Origin: a virus | Length of the DNA: 64,000 nt | Strand: one strand, 5' to 3' | Virus record (IMG/VR): IMGVR_UViG_3300008448_012223 | Shown here: positions 38,501 to 48,400 of the stretch, in pieces | Layout: the number at the start of each line of letters is the position of its first letter | Position numbering within the stretch: the first letter of the stretch is position 1 | Notes under the pieces: model-generated | What the model was told of the DNA's origin: nothing | Databases searched by the model: none | Seen by the model: the letters and a program-made list of their open reading frames with translations, nothing else | Translations under genes and position numbers: made by a program

Positions 38501-39238
38501 ACTACCTTAGGTCCTGCTGCAGGCTCTATTGATGGTGAGCCCATTGTTATTATAGACGATACGTTCAATACTATTGATTCTATAGTACCTATACCTACGA
38601 ATACACTAACCGCGCCAGCCGCACCAGTAGGATCGCCTGGCAATATACAAACTAATACAGGTGCTGCACCTGTATCTGCACCGGCTTCTCCAGCTAATAA
38701 GGTTATTTCTATTACGGGAGGGGGAACCATATCAGAAGAAGCAGTTGCTAACGACATAGCTGCACTCATACCTGATGTGGGGAATATTCCGGATGCAGTA
38801 CTTGGAAATGAAGTAATAGACTATCTAGGGGCTAGTCAGGCAATATATAGTCCTGATCAAGTAAACGAGATAGTAAACTTAGTCAAGCAAAATAATCCTG
38901 GGTCTCCAGTAGTACCTAGAGTAGCTAATACAGGTGATATACAGGATATAGTAGAGCAACTACCTGATAGATTGGGTACGCCTACTAATCAAGTGGTAGG
39001 GCGGGCTCCAGATGCTACAACTGGTCATGCTACTATTAGCCGTTCTACTTCGCCTATACAAATAGAACAAATAGCAAAGAATCAGGCACAAGCAATATTA
39101 AATAATAATCCCGACATAAATCCTGATAGGCTATCTAATAATCAGATACTCGCTCTTGTTGACGTAACCTTTGCGATAGGTTTTAACAGAGATCTATTTG
39201 CTACTACTATACGTAATTATATAAGAGTTTTGAAATAA
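35591..39238 (+). CDS. Large mosaic protein (tube-initiator-like segment, hydrophobic Ala/Gly hairpin, acidic C-terminal half)
   Basis: 1215 aa. Contains KLRVPGSTPIYQHMGIDSVMVTVVGMF and ASIAATVTTCAVAAG…AAAAAGCGAVAGDLI. Confidence 0.55.
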   Translation: MNNPLSLNGTIPSGHSVRKAYFELLGEDDTDATAILSVNTVIVELGAIIPTSYSPSYINLLSQLLSTADGSLKAHVVEKVRAIIGRVGNNPNIPQMQAIIGDTPSRLAPAPPGTTVSPKLGLTDVVPEEGLRLTSYFNFDPSDSDINLLVGLLVDDRLDDEARGQAIKYLKDTVSTLPISMDLTEVGKEKARAYIAKLDTPSSTVIPTGSKVDISKGDANKSTTKQEPTITYPPAADWGMRVTQVDTNKSYFFSLLPAMDSVIPMTASKDVPNALPGLYIRVKANIAKLRVPGSTPIYQHMGIDSVMVTVVGMFTGMDGDKPSPATYLSHATGKDKVGTLMAKLDTYGAMQSFYEHAYLSGADLDVEINMARYQAFDVEEGVIRSAKTGNPRFRGHLSLLEVAHARSDRTYYTLQFETRSLTEDKCEITKIDHIPDSLKERLSQVAVEEQTVAVESIRTITDDINMAKEGTNGKKISEWESGDPDPSGRALRVNEVCDNDGKCRYYVFTPGGQLYEETDKEEIDKLKNERIGGWNTNRLIRTGASIAATVTTCAVAAGSIPAAVTIVGGVVTAAAAAGCGAVAGDLINTVANGDNRQYTPVEAAIDAVTILAPTKIGAATLGKVVGVGAKVASAPVKLAGKVVSKTGILSTGPAAKITSSLAQSTQGVRRAILSTANKAKNSAVNFALSPTPDILQPPSNYLSSSNVAARFTRFITPGLGSASNTTNAVDDAGRSTGRVSTATSQTNNIVDDTVTNATRSTLTRRDIPNIDKVSQESGNIAIQMRNENISIDDASRWIVDNYPNANSGEVLRARQIIRNNVDFPVEDDPASLATALYKEGYNPQDMSPAELINYIKNARPGIYDEARPGISDEVVTSLKNQVLSEYNEKYPRAITDEGVYNDIIEIADTLRPDATQAQKLEALENIPDKEGGLQVLNEVLNRRLTSNIRVTSVRPPEEALPPPLNPDGTPTTLGPAAGSIDGEPIVIIDDTFNTIDSIVPIPTNTLTAPAAPVGSPGNIQTNTGAAPVSAPASPANKVISITGGGTISEEAVANDIAALIPDVGNIPDAVLGNEVIDYLGASQAIYSPDQVNEIVNLVKQNNPGSPVVPRVANTGDIQDIVEQLPDRLGTPTNQVVGRAPDATTGHATISRSTSPIQIEQIAKNQAQAILNNNPDINPDRLSNNQILALVDVTFAIGFNRDLFATTIRNYIRVLK
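38162..38209 (+). repeat. 24-bp tandem duplication, in frame
   Basis: GCTAGGCCCGGCATATATGACGAG / GCTAGGCCCGGCATATCTGACGAG (ARPGIYDE ARPGISDE). Confidence 0.85.
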
Positions 39239-39249
39239 GGGAGGGTCTA

Positions 39250-40398
39250 ATGAGATTACTGATATACATAGGTCAGTCTGTAACTATGAGATATCTAGTA
39301 GGTAAGGTAGAGTCTCAGGTGACGGGTACGCTATCTATCACTGATAAGATAGTGACAGTAGGGCCCGCCCGTTCTAACCTACGAGATGTACTGATTATAA
39401 TACAAGGCAATAATACTATCTACACTAGGCCAGATGGCACGCCGACCTATAACGCCCCAGTGGCGCAGACACTAACACGTCCGTTTAACTGGGCTGCTGA
39501 CGCAGAGAGGGCTGTGATAGAGTACCTAGAGCAGGGTATAGCGCCAGAGGTACAGCTTATACGCCGTACTGCACTAGTCACATACATAGATAGCATCATA
39601 GTAGAAGCAGTCAGATTAATTGATAATGACCTCATATTAGAAACAGCAGCAGGAGACGTAAGAACGGCAGTCAACGCAATACTCCAGATTACTACTGGGG
39701 TTCCATCTCGATGGAGTGATAGTATAATAAACCTGGAGGTATGGTTAGAATCTCTGGGCTCAGGTCGTTTCTACATAGATAGAATAGGAGACGCCACAAC
39801 GATAGAGGCAGATACAGTCTATACTAGTCGGGGCCGTCAGATAGTAGGTAGACTAGGGGATATAACTGTAACAATGCCAATAGAGACAGTAGAGAGTGTA
39901 AGACAAGGCGATAAGACGTGGTTTAATACCCGGCCGCCGCGGGGGCCTATAATTCCTAACTTAGGTCTACTCCGTGCTGCTACTAGGTTTATACGAAACT
40001 ACACAATAAATGAGACTATAGGCGCAGAGTTATACGATACGTATCTAATAGATGGTACTCGTATAAGCAGCCGGGCCATGTATTTACAGGATGGCTGCAT
40101 AGTATTAGCAAATGGGCCAGAGAGCTGGTGGGTCAGTATAAGAGATGTAAGGTTACTGACGGCTACTATGTTCTCTGGTCTATCAGTTAATACGCTTATA
40201 CAGCCGGGCAGGTCTACTCCACAGGCCCGTACTGTATCTATACAATCATCGATAGGCGTAATATATAGGGAAGGTGACTATAAGCCCATATTCTTCTTAT
40301 CTATAAAAGAATGGAGTAATATATTCATTCTTGCTACATACGAGAATGATAATTACCTAGTAGCTAAAGAGGAGATTGGCCGAATTGAGTACTATTAA
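39250..40398 (+). CDS. Hypothetical protein
   Basis: 382-aa ORF with a GGAGG ribosome-binding site upstream. Confidence 0.7.
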   Translation: MRLLIYIGQSVTMRYLVGKVESQVTGTLSITDKIVTVGPARSNLRDVLIIIQGNNTIYTRPDGTPTYNAPVAQTLTRPFNWAADAERAVIEYLEQGIAPEVQLIRRTALVTYIDSIIVEAVRLIDNDLILETAAGDVRTAVNAILQITTGVPSRWSDSIINLEVWLESLGSGRFYIDRIGDATTIEADTVYTSRGRQIVGRLGDITVTMPIETVESVRQGDKTWFNTRPPRGPIIPNLGLLRAATRFIRNYTINETIGAELYDTYLIDGTRISSRAMYLQDGCIVLANGPESWWVSIRDVRLLTATMFSGLSVNTLIQPGRSTPQARTVSIQSSIGVIYREGDYKPIFFLSIKEWSNIFILATYENDNYLVAKEEIGRIEYY

Positions 40399-41221
40399 AC
40401 CATGGCAAGAACTAGTAGCAGAACAGCGGCGGCTCAACCCCACGCGGCCGTATCAGCCGCAGGCAGGTCTATTTGAGTATAAGGGCCTAGATGCACTAGT
40501 CATAGAGGTAGAGAGTTACACATGGGTAGGAATTCAGTGGCTGGGCGGCGATTTATGGGGCCGTCGTGGCTGGCAGGAGATAGCCGTATTTGTAAGAATA
40601 GATGGCCAGAGCTGGGCCAATAGGCGATATATCTACTTACCAGTAGATTTAGTAGAGCATCTCCTGCCATATATACCAATGGTAGATGGTGGTTATACAC
40701 TACGTTATCCCTCAGCGAATGATCTAGTACCTATATTCAGTGGTAGGGTGGTGTTGTTAAGTAGTCAGGGTATACACCCCCTATTACCCGGCTGGGTATG
40801 GACTGGGCGAGTGATATGGCCTTACTATGAATATCAGCATGTATCAGGTGATATAGCACCGCCTGATACTCTCCAGTGGAGTAGGTTGAGACCTACTAAT
40901 CTACTAGATCCCCTTGGTCCACCAAGCGTAGAGCAGATGACGCGTACACTACCTAATCTAGTAGGTGAGTTACCCACTAGATTAGAGGAACCCTGGATAG
41001 GAACGTATACGGGCTGGTCTACTATTAATTATGGTGAGGAGACGACGCTATATCAATATAGAGCCCAGACTCAGGAATTATTCCTACTAGATAGCCCCCC
41101 ATTATTAGATAGTATTTTATACAAACAGCAGTGGTTAATTGATAGGGTGCGCCTCAGTCATAGAGTTGTACAGGGCGTAGTTATACAGCAGACAGTAACA
41201 GCAACATTGAGATTATGGTAA
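40376..41221 (+). CDS. Hypothetical protein
   Basis: 281-aa Trp/Pro-rich ORF in the operon. Confidence 0.65.
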   Translation: MAELSTIKPWQELVAEQRRLNPTRPYQPQAGLFEYKGLDALVIEVESYTWVGIQWLGGDLWGRRGWQEIAVFVRIDGQSWANRRYIYLPVDLVEHLLPYIPMVDGGYTLRYPSANDLVPIFSGRVVLLSSQGIHPLLPGWVWTGRVIWPYYEYQHVSGDIAPPDTLQWSRLRPTNLLDPLGPPSVEQMTRTLPNLVGELPTRLEEPWIGTYTGWSTINYGEETTLYQYRAQTQELFLLDSPPLLDSILYKQQWLIDRVRLSHRVVQGVVIQQTVTATLRLW

Positions 41222-41583
41222 CTAAGCTAGATCTAGTTAAGGATAGAGCTATTATACGGGGGGCCCTCTGGGATCTACTGACTATACTACGTCAGGGAGA
41301 TCTAACAGCAATGCAGTGCCGGGGCCAGATACGAGATGGGGAGGATGGTGAGTTATTTGCTAACTTTGAGTTTGAGCCCCTAACTACAGTAAATAGAGAT
41401 GGAGTGATCTACACACGTATTAAACCCTATCTAGGTGCTACACGTACTAAGCAGATACCTACTACAGCGCTCCGCCAGACATGGTTCTATGATATAGAGT
41501 TATATGACCCCCTTGATGATGATATAGTGTATAGAATCATCGACGGCGCTGTAGAGAGCCGCCTTAACATAACACTACCTTAA
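41215..41583 (+). CDS. Small virion protein (BppU N-terminal-like/Ig-like pattern)
   Basis: DLTAMQCRGQIRD…A.F…WFYDIEL…IVYRIIDG.V…NIT. Confidence 0.5.
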   Translation: MVTKLDLVKDRAIIRGALWDLLTILRQGDLTAMQCRGQIRDGEDGELFANFEFEPLTTVNRDGVIYTRIKPYLGATRTKQIPTTALRQTWFYDIELYDPLDDDIVYRIIDGAVESRLNITLP

Positions 41584-41584
41584 T

Positions 41585-42055
41585 ATGTACACAAGAGCAC
41601 TATACTCCTTCCTACTATCTCAGATTAATACTAATCTAGTAGTCATTCTAATCAATCGACCCCAATTAGGTATCGGTACTGTATTAACCGCCGATGAGAT
41701 AGATGCCCGCCTGAATATCACTATGGCTCAGGCAGCCCTCTGGGAGATTAGTGGTTATAGTAGATTCATCATCACTACCCCAATCATCACTATCCCAACG
41801 CGTACAGCCCCCACTGCTAGTCTGGTTAGTACTGCCACATTCACGCCATCAGGGGGGACGATAGGGCCCTTTACTCATGCACTGGTAGTACGGGGGGCTA
41901 ACCTAACTGGTGCCACTCCAGCTAATGGTAATAACCGCGGCAGTAACGTGGGTACTGTAGTGCACATAGAAACCGTAGTTAGCGCACCACTCTCGGTAGC
42001 GCCACCTGCAGTATACAATTACACTATCAATTTACTGCTCAACGAGGAGGCATGA
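41585..42055 (+). CDS. Putative small structural protein
   Basis: EISGYSRF…ATFTPSGGTIGPFTHALVV, a pattern common in virion beta-sandwich proteins. Confidence 0.5.
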   Translation: MYTRALYSFLLSQINTNLVVILINRPQLGIGTVLTADEIDARLNITMAQAALWEISGYSRFIITTPIITIPTRTAPTASLVSTATFTPSGGTIGPFTHALVVRGANLTGATPANGNNRGSNVGTVVHIETVVSAPLSVAPPAVYNYTINLLLNEEA

Positions 42056-42222
42056 CCCATGTAGCTGCTACCTAGTAGAGAGGCCAGCAGGGTATAGTTC
42101 TCTGGCCTCCTCGACTGTTAGTGCCATTCATTCCCATACTACCATCTCAATACTAAGCATAGTGTCAATTACTACACGAGCCGTGCTATAGCCTTTCAAA
42201 TCTATAGTCAAGTACATGCGCG

Positions 42223-43011
42223 GTGCCTGCTATTGACCATATAGTAGGGGGCATACTACTAAAGCGTTGCTGTCTAAACTCATTATTCATTGTGATTAAC
42301 CTCGAGTCATTAATTAGAACACGGGCCCCCACACTATTAGGTGCTCTGCCACTATTAGATTGGTGGATAATACAATTACTCAGTAGTACTGATTACCCCG
42401 TCGTAGTTCTCAATAGGGATATACATTCTGTTAGAGTGCCCGCTCCCTACGACATGATAGATAGTAGGGGTAATTTTATCATGCGCTCAGAATTAGATAG
42501 CTGGGGTCTAGAACCACTGCAGAGAGCCATCCTCTCTACTAAGGAGGAGGGCAGTATAAGCGCATACATACTACGGTCAGGCAGCTCCAGTACTATTATA
42601 ATCTACACTGCATTCTCTCGAGACAATAGTCTAGATCAAGAGGTACAATTAGAGGTCCCGCAGAATATAACTGTAACGACTATCCGCTTCAATTCAACTG
42701 TGCTCTGGACACTACGCTATATAGAATCGCCACCCCGCTTAGAGGTACCAATACCAGACGAGTACATAGAGCTGGAGATAGACGCGGGCCCCTATATTAT
42801 GAGTACCGTATCATCTATATATCTGAATCCATCACTACCAGTAAACACAATATCGGGCCCTGCAGCAATACACATGATACCCCAAGGTGACGTATTCTAT
42901 GTTGCTATAAATGAGGATCCTAATTTAGTCAAGGCCATACAACCTGACATAGACATAACAGAATACACAGAGACTAAGAATATGTGTATGGAGGTGACAC
43001 TTGGCGCGTAA
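42223..43011 (+). CDS. Hypothetical protein
   Basis: 262-aa ORF upstream of the terminase; the start codon is uncertain. Confidence 0.55.
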   Translation: MPAIDHIVGGILLKRCCLNSLFIVINLESLIRTRAPTLLGALPLLDWWIIQLLSSTDYPVVVLNRDIHSVRVPAPYDMIDSRGNFIMRSELDSWGLEPLQRAILSTKEEGSISAYILRSGSSSTIIIYTAFSRDNSLDQEVQLEVPQNITVTTIRFNSTVLWTLRYIESPPRLEVPIPDEYIELEIDAGPYIMSTVSSIYLNPSLPVNTISGPAAIHMIPQGDVFYVAINEDPNLVKAIQPDIDITEYTETKNMCMEVTLGA

Positions 43012-44779
43012 ACGTAAGCTGGATCCAATAGAACTATTCGATGAGTTAGTATATGAAGGCCTAGCTCAGGTTAGGACTGGTCACGTTATAGGTATAGTTG
43101 AATTTGCAGAGCAGTATCTACTGGCCCCCGGCGATACATTATTCCCGCCTCAGAGAGCTATACTGCGCGCTCTCTATAATGAGCCCCTACCAGGGGATGA
43201 GCTAGCTATACTACAACGATGGGCTGAGCAAGATGTAACCACCTGGGTACCAGACCGCTCCTACGTCAACATGGTACTAGAGTGCGGGCGACGAGGAGGT
43301 AAGAGTGTGCTAGCGAGTATATGCGTGCTCTATGAATTCTATTGCCTTATCAACCTAGATAACCCAGCTAAGCACTATGGTCTCCTGAGTGGATCCCCTA
43401 TAGCCATATTTGTTATAGCGCGGAGCGGGGCCCAGGTCAATGAGACACTATTCGGCGCAATCAGGGGCTACGCTAGCCAGAGCGCGTACTTCAAGGGGCT
43501 AGTGAACAGTGGTCAGATAGAGATACTCACGCAGGAGATACGTTGCCCGACTAAGAATATAGCCATCTACGCTAAACACACTAACTCGCAGTCCCTAGTA
43601 GGTTATTCTCTTAAGATGTTAGTTCTAGATGAGGCGGCCCGCTTCGAGTATAACGAGCTAGGAGAATCGAAGGCAGATGATATATGGAGTAACGTAGCTA
43701 AGGGGCTGAGTACCTTCGGCGATAAAGGTAAGAAGATAGCCATTAGTTCTGCTTGGGGTGAGGGGGACTACATACAGAATCTCTATAAGGTAGCGACACG
43801 CGATGCGCGCATGGTGGCATTCCGCCTACGCACCTGGGATATCAATCTACGACCAGAGGTCAGTGAGTATAACCTCAAGAATAGTGAGGACTACATACGC
43901 GATCCCGTAACAGCAGCTCTGGAGTATGAGGGCATACGCTCTAGTAGGCACGGCTCCTTCTTCCAGAAGGAGTATATAGAGGAGGCAGTTAAGGGTCTCT
44001 CTTGTCTGGATGCGCGTTCTATACCACTGGATATAACCAATGGGGATGATACACGCCATTACGTATCACTGCAGATAACTAGACTAGAGAGACTCAGTGA
44101 GGGCCGCTCCTATCTACACGTAGACTACGGGCTCAAGAAGGATAGTGCCGCTATTGCCTTCGTAAGGAGCACTAAGCTAGAGGATGGTAGATGGGGTGTC
44201 ATAGTAGATGGTCTGCTAGTGTGGAAGCCCTATAGTGATAGAGATGATAGGGGGAGGGGCATACAGCGTATAGTCTCCTACCTAGATATAGAGGAGAAGT
44301 TAGTGCAGATATGTCAGGCCCGCCATATTGGTCTCTGCTCATTTGACTCGTACCAATCTCAGTCCACTATACAACGACTACACGCTCACGGCATACGCTC
44401 TACTGAGATGAGTACCACTAATACAGCGCAGCTGAGTTACTATAACCTAACGCGACAACTACTCAATGAGGGGCGCCTGATACTACCTCGCGATAGCACC
44501 TGGACGCATAGTCTGATGGCCGAGATGGGCGGTATATTACAACTGGCTAGTGGTAAGATAACTCACAACGAGCGGGCCAGTGGTAAGGACATAATAGATG
44601 CTGTAGTCAACGCTGTATTCAACTGCGTTAAGGAGGATAGCACTCTCATGGGATTCAGTATAAGTTCTAGTGGCATCAAGAGTATCAGTAGCAAGACACT
44701 CAATAAGAATAGAGAACTAACTACAGCTCGCGGTAAGGGGTTACTACTAGCAGCGCGTAAGCGGCGCCCCTCAATCTAG
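43001..44779 (+). CDS. terL: Terminase large subunit
   Basis: Walker A VLECGRRGGKS, Walker B MLVLDEAA, coupling motif ISS, and RNase H-like YLHVDYGLKKDSAA, SFDSYQS and KDIIDAV. Confidence 0.92.
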   Translation: MARKRKLDPIELFDELVYEGLAQVRTGHVIGIVEFAEQYLLAPGDTLFPPQRAILRALYNEPLPGDELAILQRWAEQDVTTWVPDRSYVNMVLECGRRGGKSVLASICVLYEFYCLINLDNPAKHYGLLSGSPIAIFVIARSGAQVNETLFGAIRGYASQSAYFKGLVNSGQIEILTQEIRCPTKNIAIYAKHTNSQSLVGYSLKMLVLDEAARFEYNELGESKADDIWSNVAKGLSTFGDKGKKIAISSAWGEGDYIQNLYKVATRDARMVAFRLRTWDINLRPEVSEYNLKNSEDYIRDPVTAALEYEGIRSSRHGSFFQKEYIEEAVKGLSCLDARSIPLDITNGDDTRHYVSLQITRLERLSEGRSYLHVDYGLKKDSAAIAFVRSTKLEDGRWGVIVDGLLVWKPYSDRDDRGRGIQRIVSYLDIEEKLVQICQARHIGLCSFDSYQSQSTIQRLHAHGIRSTEMSTTNTAQLSYYNLTRQLLNEGRLILPRDSTWTHSLMAEMGGILQLASGKITHNERASGKDIIDAVVNAVFNCVKEDSTLMGFSISSSGIKSISSKTLNKNRELTTARGKGLLLAARKRRPSI

Positions 44780-44852
44780 TCATGTCCACAATAGATAAGC
44801 CCATCTCATCCATGATGTATTAAAAGCTGTCCCCAGGCGCGCCATAACTATA

Positions 44853-45488
44853 ATGAAATTATCTCCAGTTGTATTTAAGTTCCAGGAATTATTCGGCTCG
44901 TGGCGATACTACCTGTATATCACGCCGCCGCGTTCTCTCCGTGGGGTCACGCCTGGCACCAGTCAGAGAATACATCTCCAGTCGACTATACCCCTACGCT
45001 TATTGCTGGCCCCCTGCGAGCCGGAGTATATACCGCTGGCCTACCCCCAGTACAGCACGCCGCGAGCCAGCGAGGCACTCAGGCTAGAGAATGCCTATAG
45101 GATAGAGATCTGGAGATGGAGGCAACAATCTAAGGTACCAGGGCGCGTAGTCCTGGACTATCAGGAGTCATTAGTAGACACACGATACTGGTGGATAGGT
45201 ATGTCTACCGGCCGCGAGCGTATAGAGGTAACACCAGTAAACAATATAATTAGTTTATTTGATTACCCCGATATACTGACAGGCATCATTGTTAAAAATG
45301 CACTGGGTGCTAGTGTAGATTACACCGTCAAGGACCAGAGCACTAGCCGAGCAGAGCGCTTCAAGGCAGAGATACAATTACCTAATAATGATCCCGTAGT
45401 AGTAGAATACGATACACCGGTAGTGCCGGTAGAGGTCTCCTATACAGATAATATAGAGGTCAATGAACAGTGGAATCGGATCTACTAA
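44853..45488 (+). CDS. Hypothetical protein
   Basis: 211-aa ORF. Confidence 0.6.
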   Translation: MKLSPVVFKFQELFGSWRYYLYITPPRSLRGVTPGTSQRIHLQSTIPLRLLLAPCEPEYIPLAYPQYSTPRASEALRLENAYRIEIWRWRQQSKVPGRVVLDYQESLVDTRYWWIGMSTGRERIEVTPVNNIISLFDYPDILTGIIVKNALGASVDYTVKDQSTSRAERFKAEIQLPNNDPVVVEYDTPVVPVEVSYTDNIEVNEQWNRIY

Positions 45489-48400
45489 AACAAATAGAGG
45501 AGGCAGGTAAATACCCATCGGCTGGTGTTGGTTCACTAGGAGACTACCCTAGTCGATTCGGCGTGTCATCTCTTAGTGAGACTCAGCGTTTTCTAAGAGA
45601 TGCGCGCCCGAATACTCTACAAGCAGCCCTGTTTTCACACAATAGGTTCCACTCAGATTTTACCCTAGAGTTATTACACGATACTTTTAATAAAGAGAGC
45701 TTCAGGACAATAGGCCAAGAGAGGCAAGATAAATTCTATCAGAGCATGAAGCCATATATAAAAATGGCAGAGGGTATATTTACTAATGAGATGGATTTAT
45801 ACGATAAGGTAGGTGGTACCGTCGTAGTTGACATGACTATATCTAAGAGAGAGTCACAGGCATTAAAGGCAGCATCTAGTAATCTAAACGTCATACCCTA
45901 TATTGCTAATAAGGGTCAGGGCACTACGCTGATGCACTCTAAGCTCGAGTTGATCACCAGAGAAGACGGCACCAATGTAGGTAGAGTACACACGGCTCCT
46001 TATATAACAGAGTACGGAACTAATGCCCTTGAGGTAGGAGCGGTAGTATCAGGTATCGCAGGAGCCGGCGCTATAATATCAGGCAGGGCCCCGCGACTAG
46101 GTATAGTAGGGGCTATAGCCGCTCCTCTACTCATGGGTGCTGGCGTAATGCTCAGGAATACTAATAGTAGTCTTCTTGACATAGGCCTTAAGTCTGATAA
46201 AAAGGACATATTCTACGAAACCAGTAACCCTAAGTTTGTTGCTGAACTCCGCACTTATATGCGTTCCTTAGCAGGCGGCAGGGAGCTAGATACTTCTAGC
46301 AATAGATTCATATTAGGTGAGTCAGAAGCTATATTAGCCATGACCCGCGACGCGCAGAGGGCCAATGGCATAGTACTGAGCCCAGCAAGCTGGAGCCTAG
46401 CTCAAGCAAGAGATGATAGTGGAAGTATTATCAGTCGAGATAATAATTTAGATAGGACTCACTACGCCAGACTAGAGAACTTCGAGAACACTATAGTAGA
46501 GCGGGCGCCCGACATACCAATATTAATGGCTACTAGTGGCCGGGTAGATTCCAGTATACGTAATCGTCTGCAGCAGGCCGGCGTTATAGTGGGCTCTAAC
46601 GTAGGTACTCATTATAATAAACACCTATTCGAGAATATAGATGAGGAGGGCACTGATGTACTCTATATGGGCACTCGACGCCTCAGTGCTCAGCACAATA
46701 GGGAGATCATGATACGGTTGACTAGCGGGGATGACCCCGCTGCCTTCGCGTATTATAAGGGCATGTTATTGTCTGATAATAAGTTCAACGTCTCCGATAT
46801 AGCGATGACGCAGATGGGTTATACCAATAAGTCATTTATACGTGCTACTACTGGTACTACTATATCTCAACTACCCAGCTTCCTGGGAGCCTCTCATTTC
46901 TATGAGGTGGCCATCAATAACGCAGCCCGCGCTCGAGTAAGCGGACACCTAGACTGGAGAGAATCATTAGAGTCTTATACCAATAGGCCGGGCATAGCCG
47001 CACAGAACTACCTAGCGCGCGCTGCGCTAAGTGGGACCCCCAGTGCTGTACCAGACCAGGTCCGCGATTACGATAGAGCTCTATTAGCGCCAGGCCTAGG
47101 CTCTCTCATTAATGAATACACTATCATGGCTGGCTTCGGCAGGCTATATAAGGATGAGGTGGGGGCCCTACCTAGTATAACGGGGGCCTTCGGTGCAGTA
47201 CTAGATAGAACACTGACATACTACGGCACATTCTTCGACTACGATGAGACGCGCGATAGTATGGTACCGGTGGCTGGTGTATACGAGAATGCGCTTACAT
47301 TTGCTAGTAGCTTCGTAATGACTACAGCGGCCAGTATGGGACTATACTTCAGTGTAGGTATACCCCTAGGTTACATAACTGCAGAACTAAATAAGTCGAT
47401 GGTCCAGGGCACTATCGATAGCGCTGTACAGAAGACAAAAGGAAAAAGATATCCTCAGCACACACCTATACTAGACTTTTCTCCCATCGATAATTTCGAG
47501 TTAGCTAAATACATGCAGGAAGTTCAGGGGCTTAGCGGAGGCACCCTCGACAATTATTACACTAATCGTATAAATACACTGCCCGCTCTCAATAACCTAT
47601 TTTATAGAGAGAGGGGGTCCACCTTCTTCGAGTATATAACTAAGCCCTTCATACTAGATGTCATGAATCCCTATGAGAGAGGGAGTGCAGAGGACATTAA
47701 GTTAAGGCGCTCTGCGGATGCCTTCCATGATTCATTGCGGCGTCCTATTGGTCTAGAGGCCACTTTTGAAGAGAGGTATAACCAAGTCTCGGGTAAGATG
47801 GAGCCATTCCTAGTGTCGCTCAGGGCCACTAACATAGGCTTCGAGAGACAACGAGAATTAGCAATACTAATTGACGAGGTAGGGGCTAGTCTACCTGCTG
47901 CACCCTGGCGCTGGGGATGGGGGGTGGGTAAGGAAGACAGCCGCTCCTTTGTGAGTATGGCAGAGGTATTCAGCTTTAGTGAGATGGCAGAATCCTTCCA
48001 TAGAATCTTAGGTACTGGAAGCCAGAGCCTCAACTACATAGTCAGTAGTAGCGAGAATAACACTAGAGGTATGAAGGGTCTCCTCATGCGAGGAGGGGCT
48101 ATGCTGGGGGGAGTGATGCGTTCTACTAAGGCGCGCCTCCAGGGCAATAACTTATTTATGGGTATAGGGCCCATAGCAACTACTAATCTAGCTGCAGAGT
48201 ATAAGAAACTCATGAAGTTAGAGAGACAGATGTTAGTAGAGAACCTACTGACATGGGAGGTAGGCATTAATGGACAAGGTAGTCGTCAGATAGGTAATGT
48301 ACAAACTAGCGAGCAGCGCCAGTTAGTTGCTAAGTTTGTAGATCAGTTGATAGTCTACAATCAGGCCATACAGAGTAGTCCTCACTATCAGCAGGCAGTA

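Noticed and set aside
42076-42112. Hairpin GAGGCCAG…CTGGCCTC after 41585-42055 as a terminator
   Set aside because: There is no U-tract on either strand and the loop is large; its function is unclear.
43001-44779. Intron or intein in the terminase
   Set aside because: The ORF is contiguous, of normal length (592 aa), and has no splicing or homing-endonuclease motifs.
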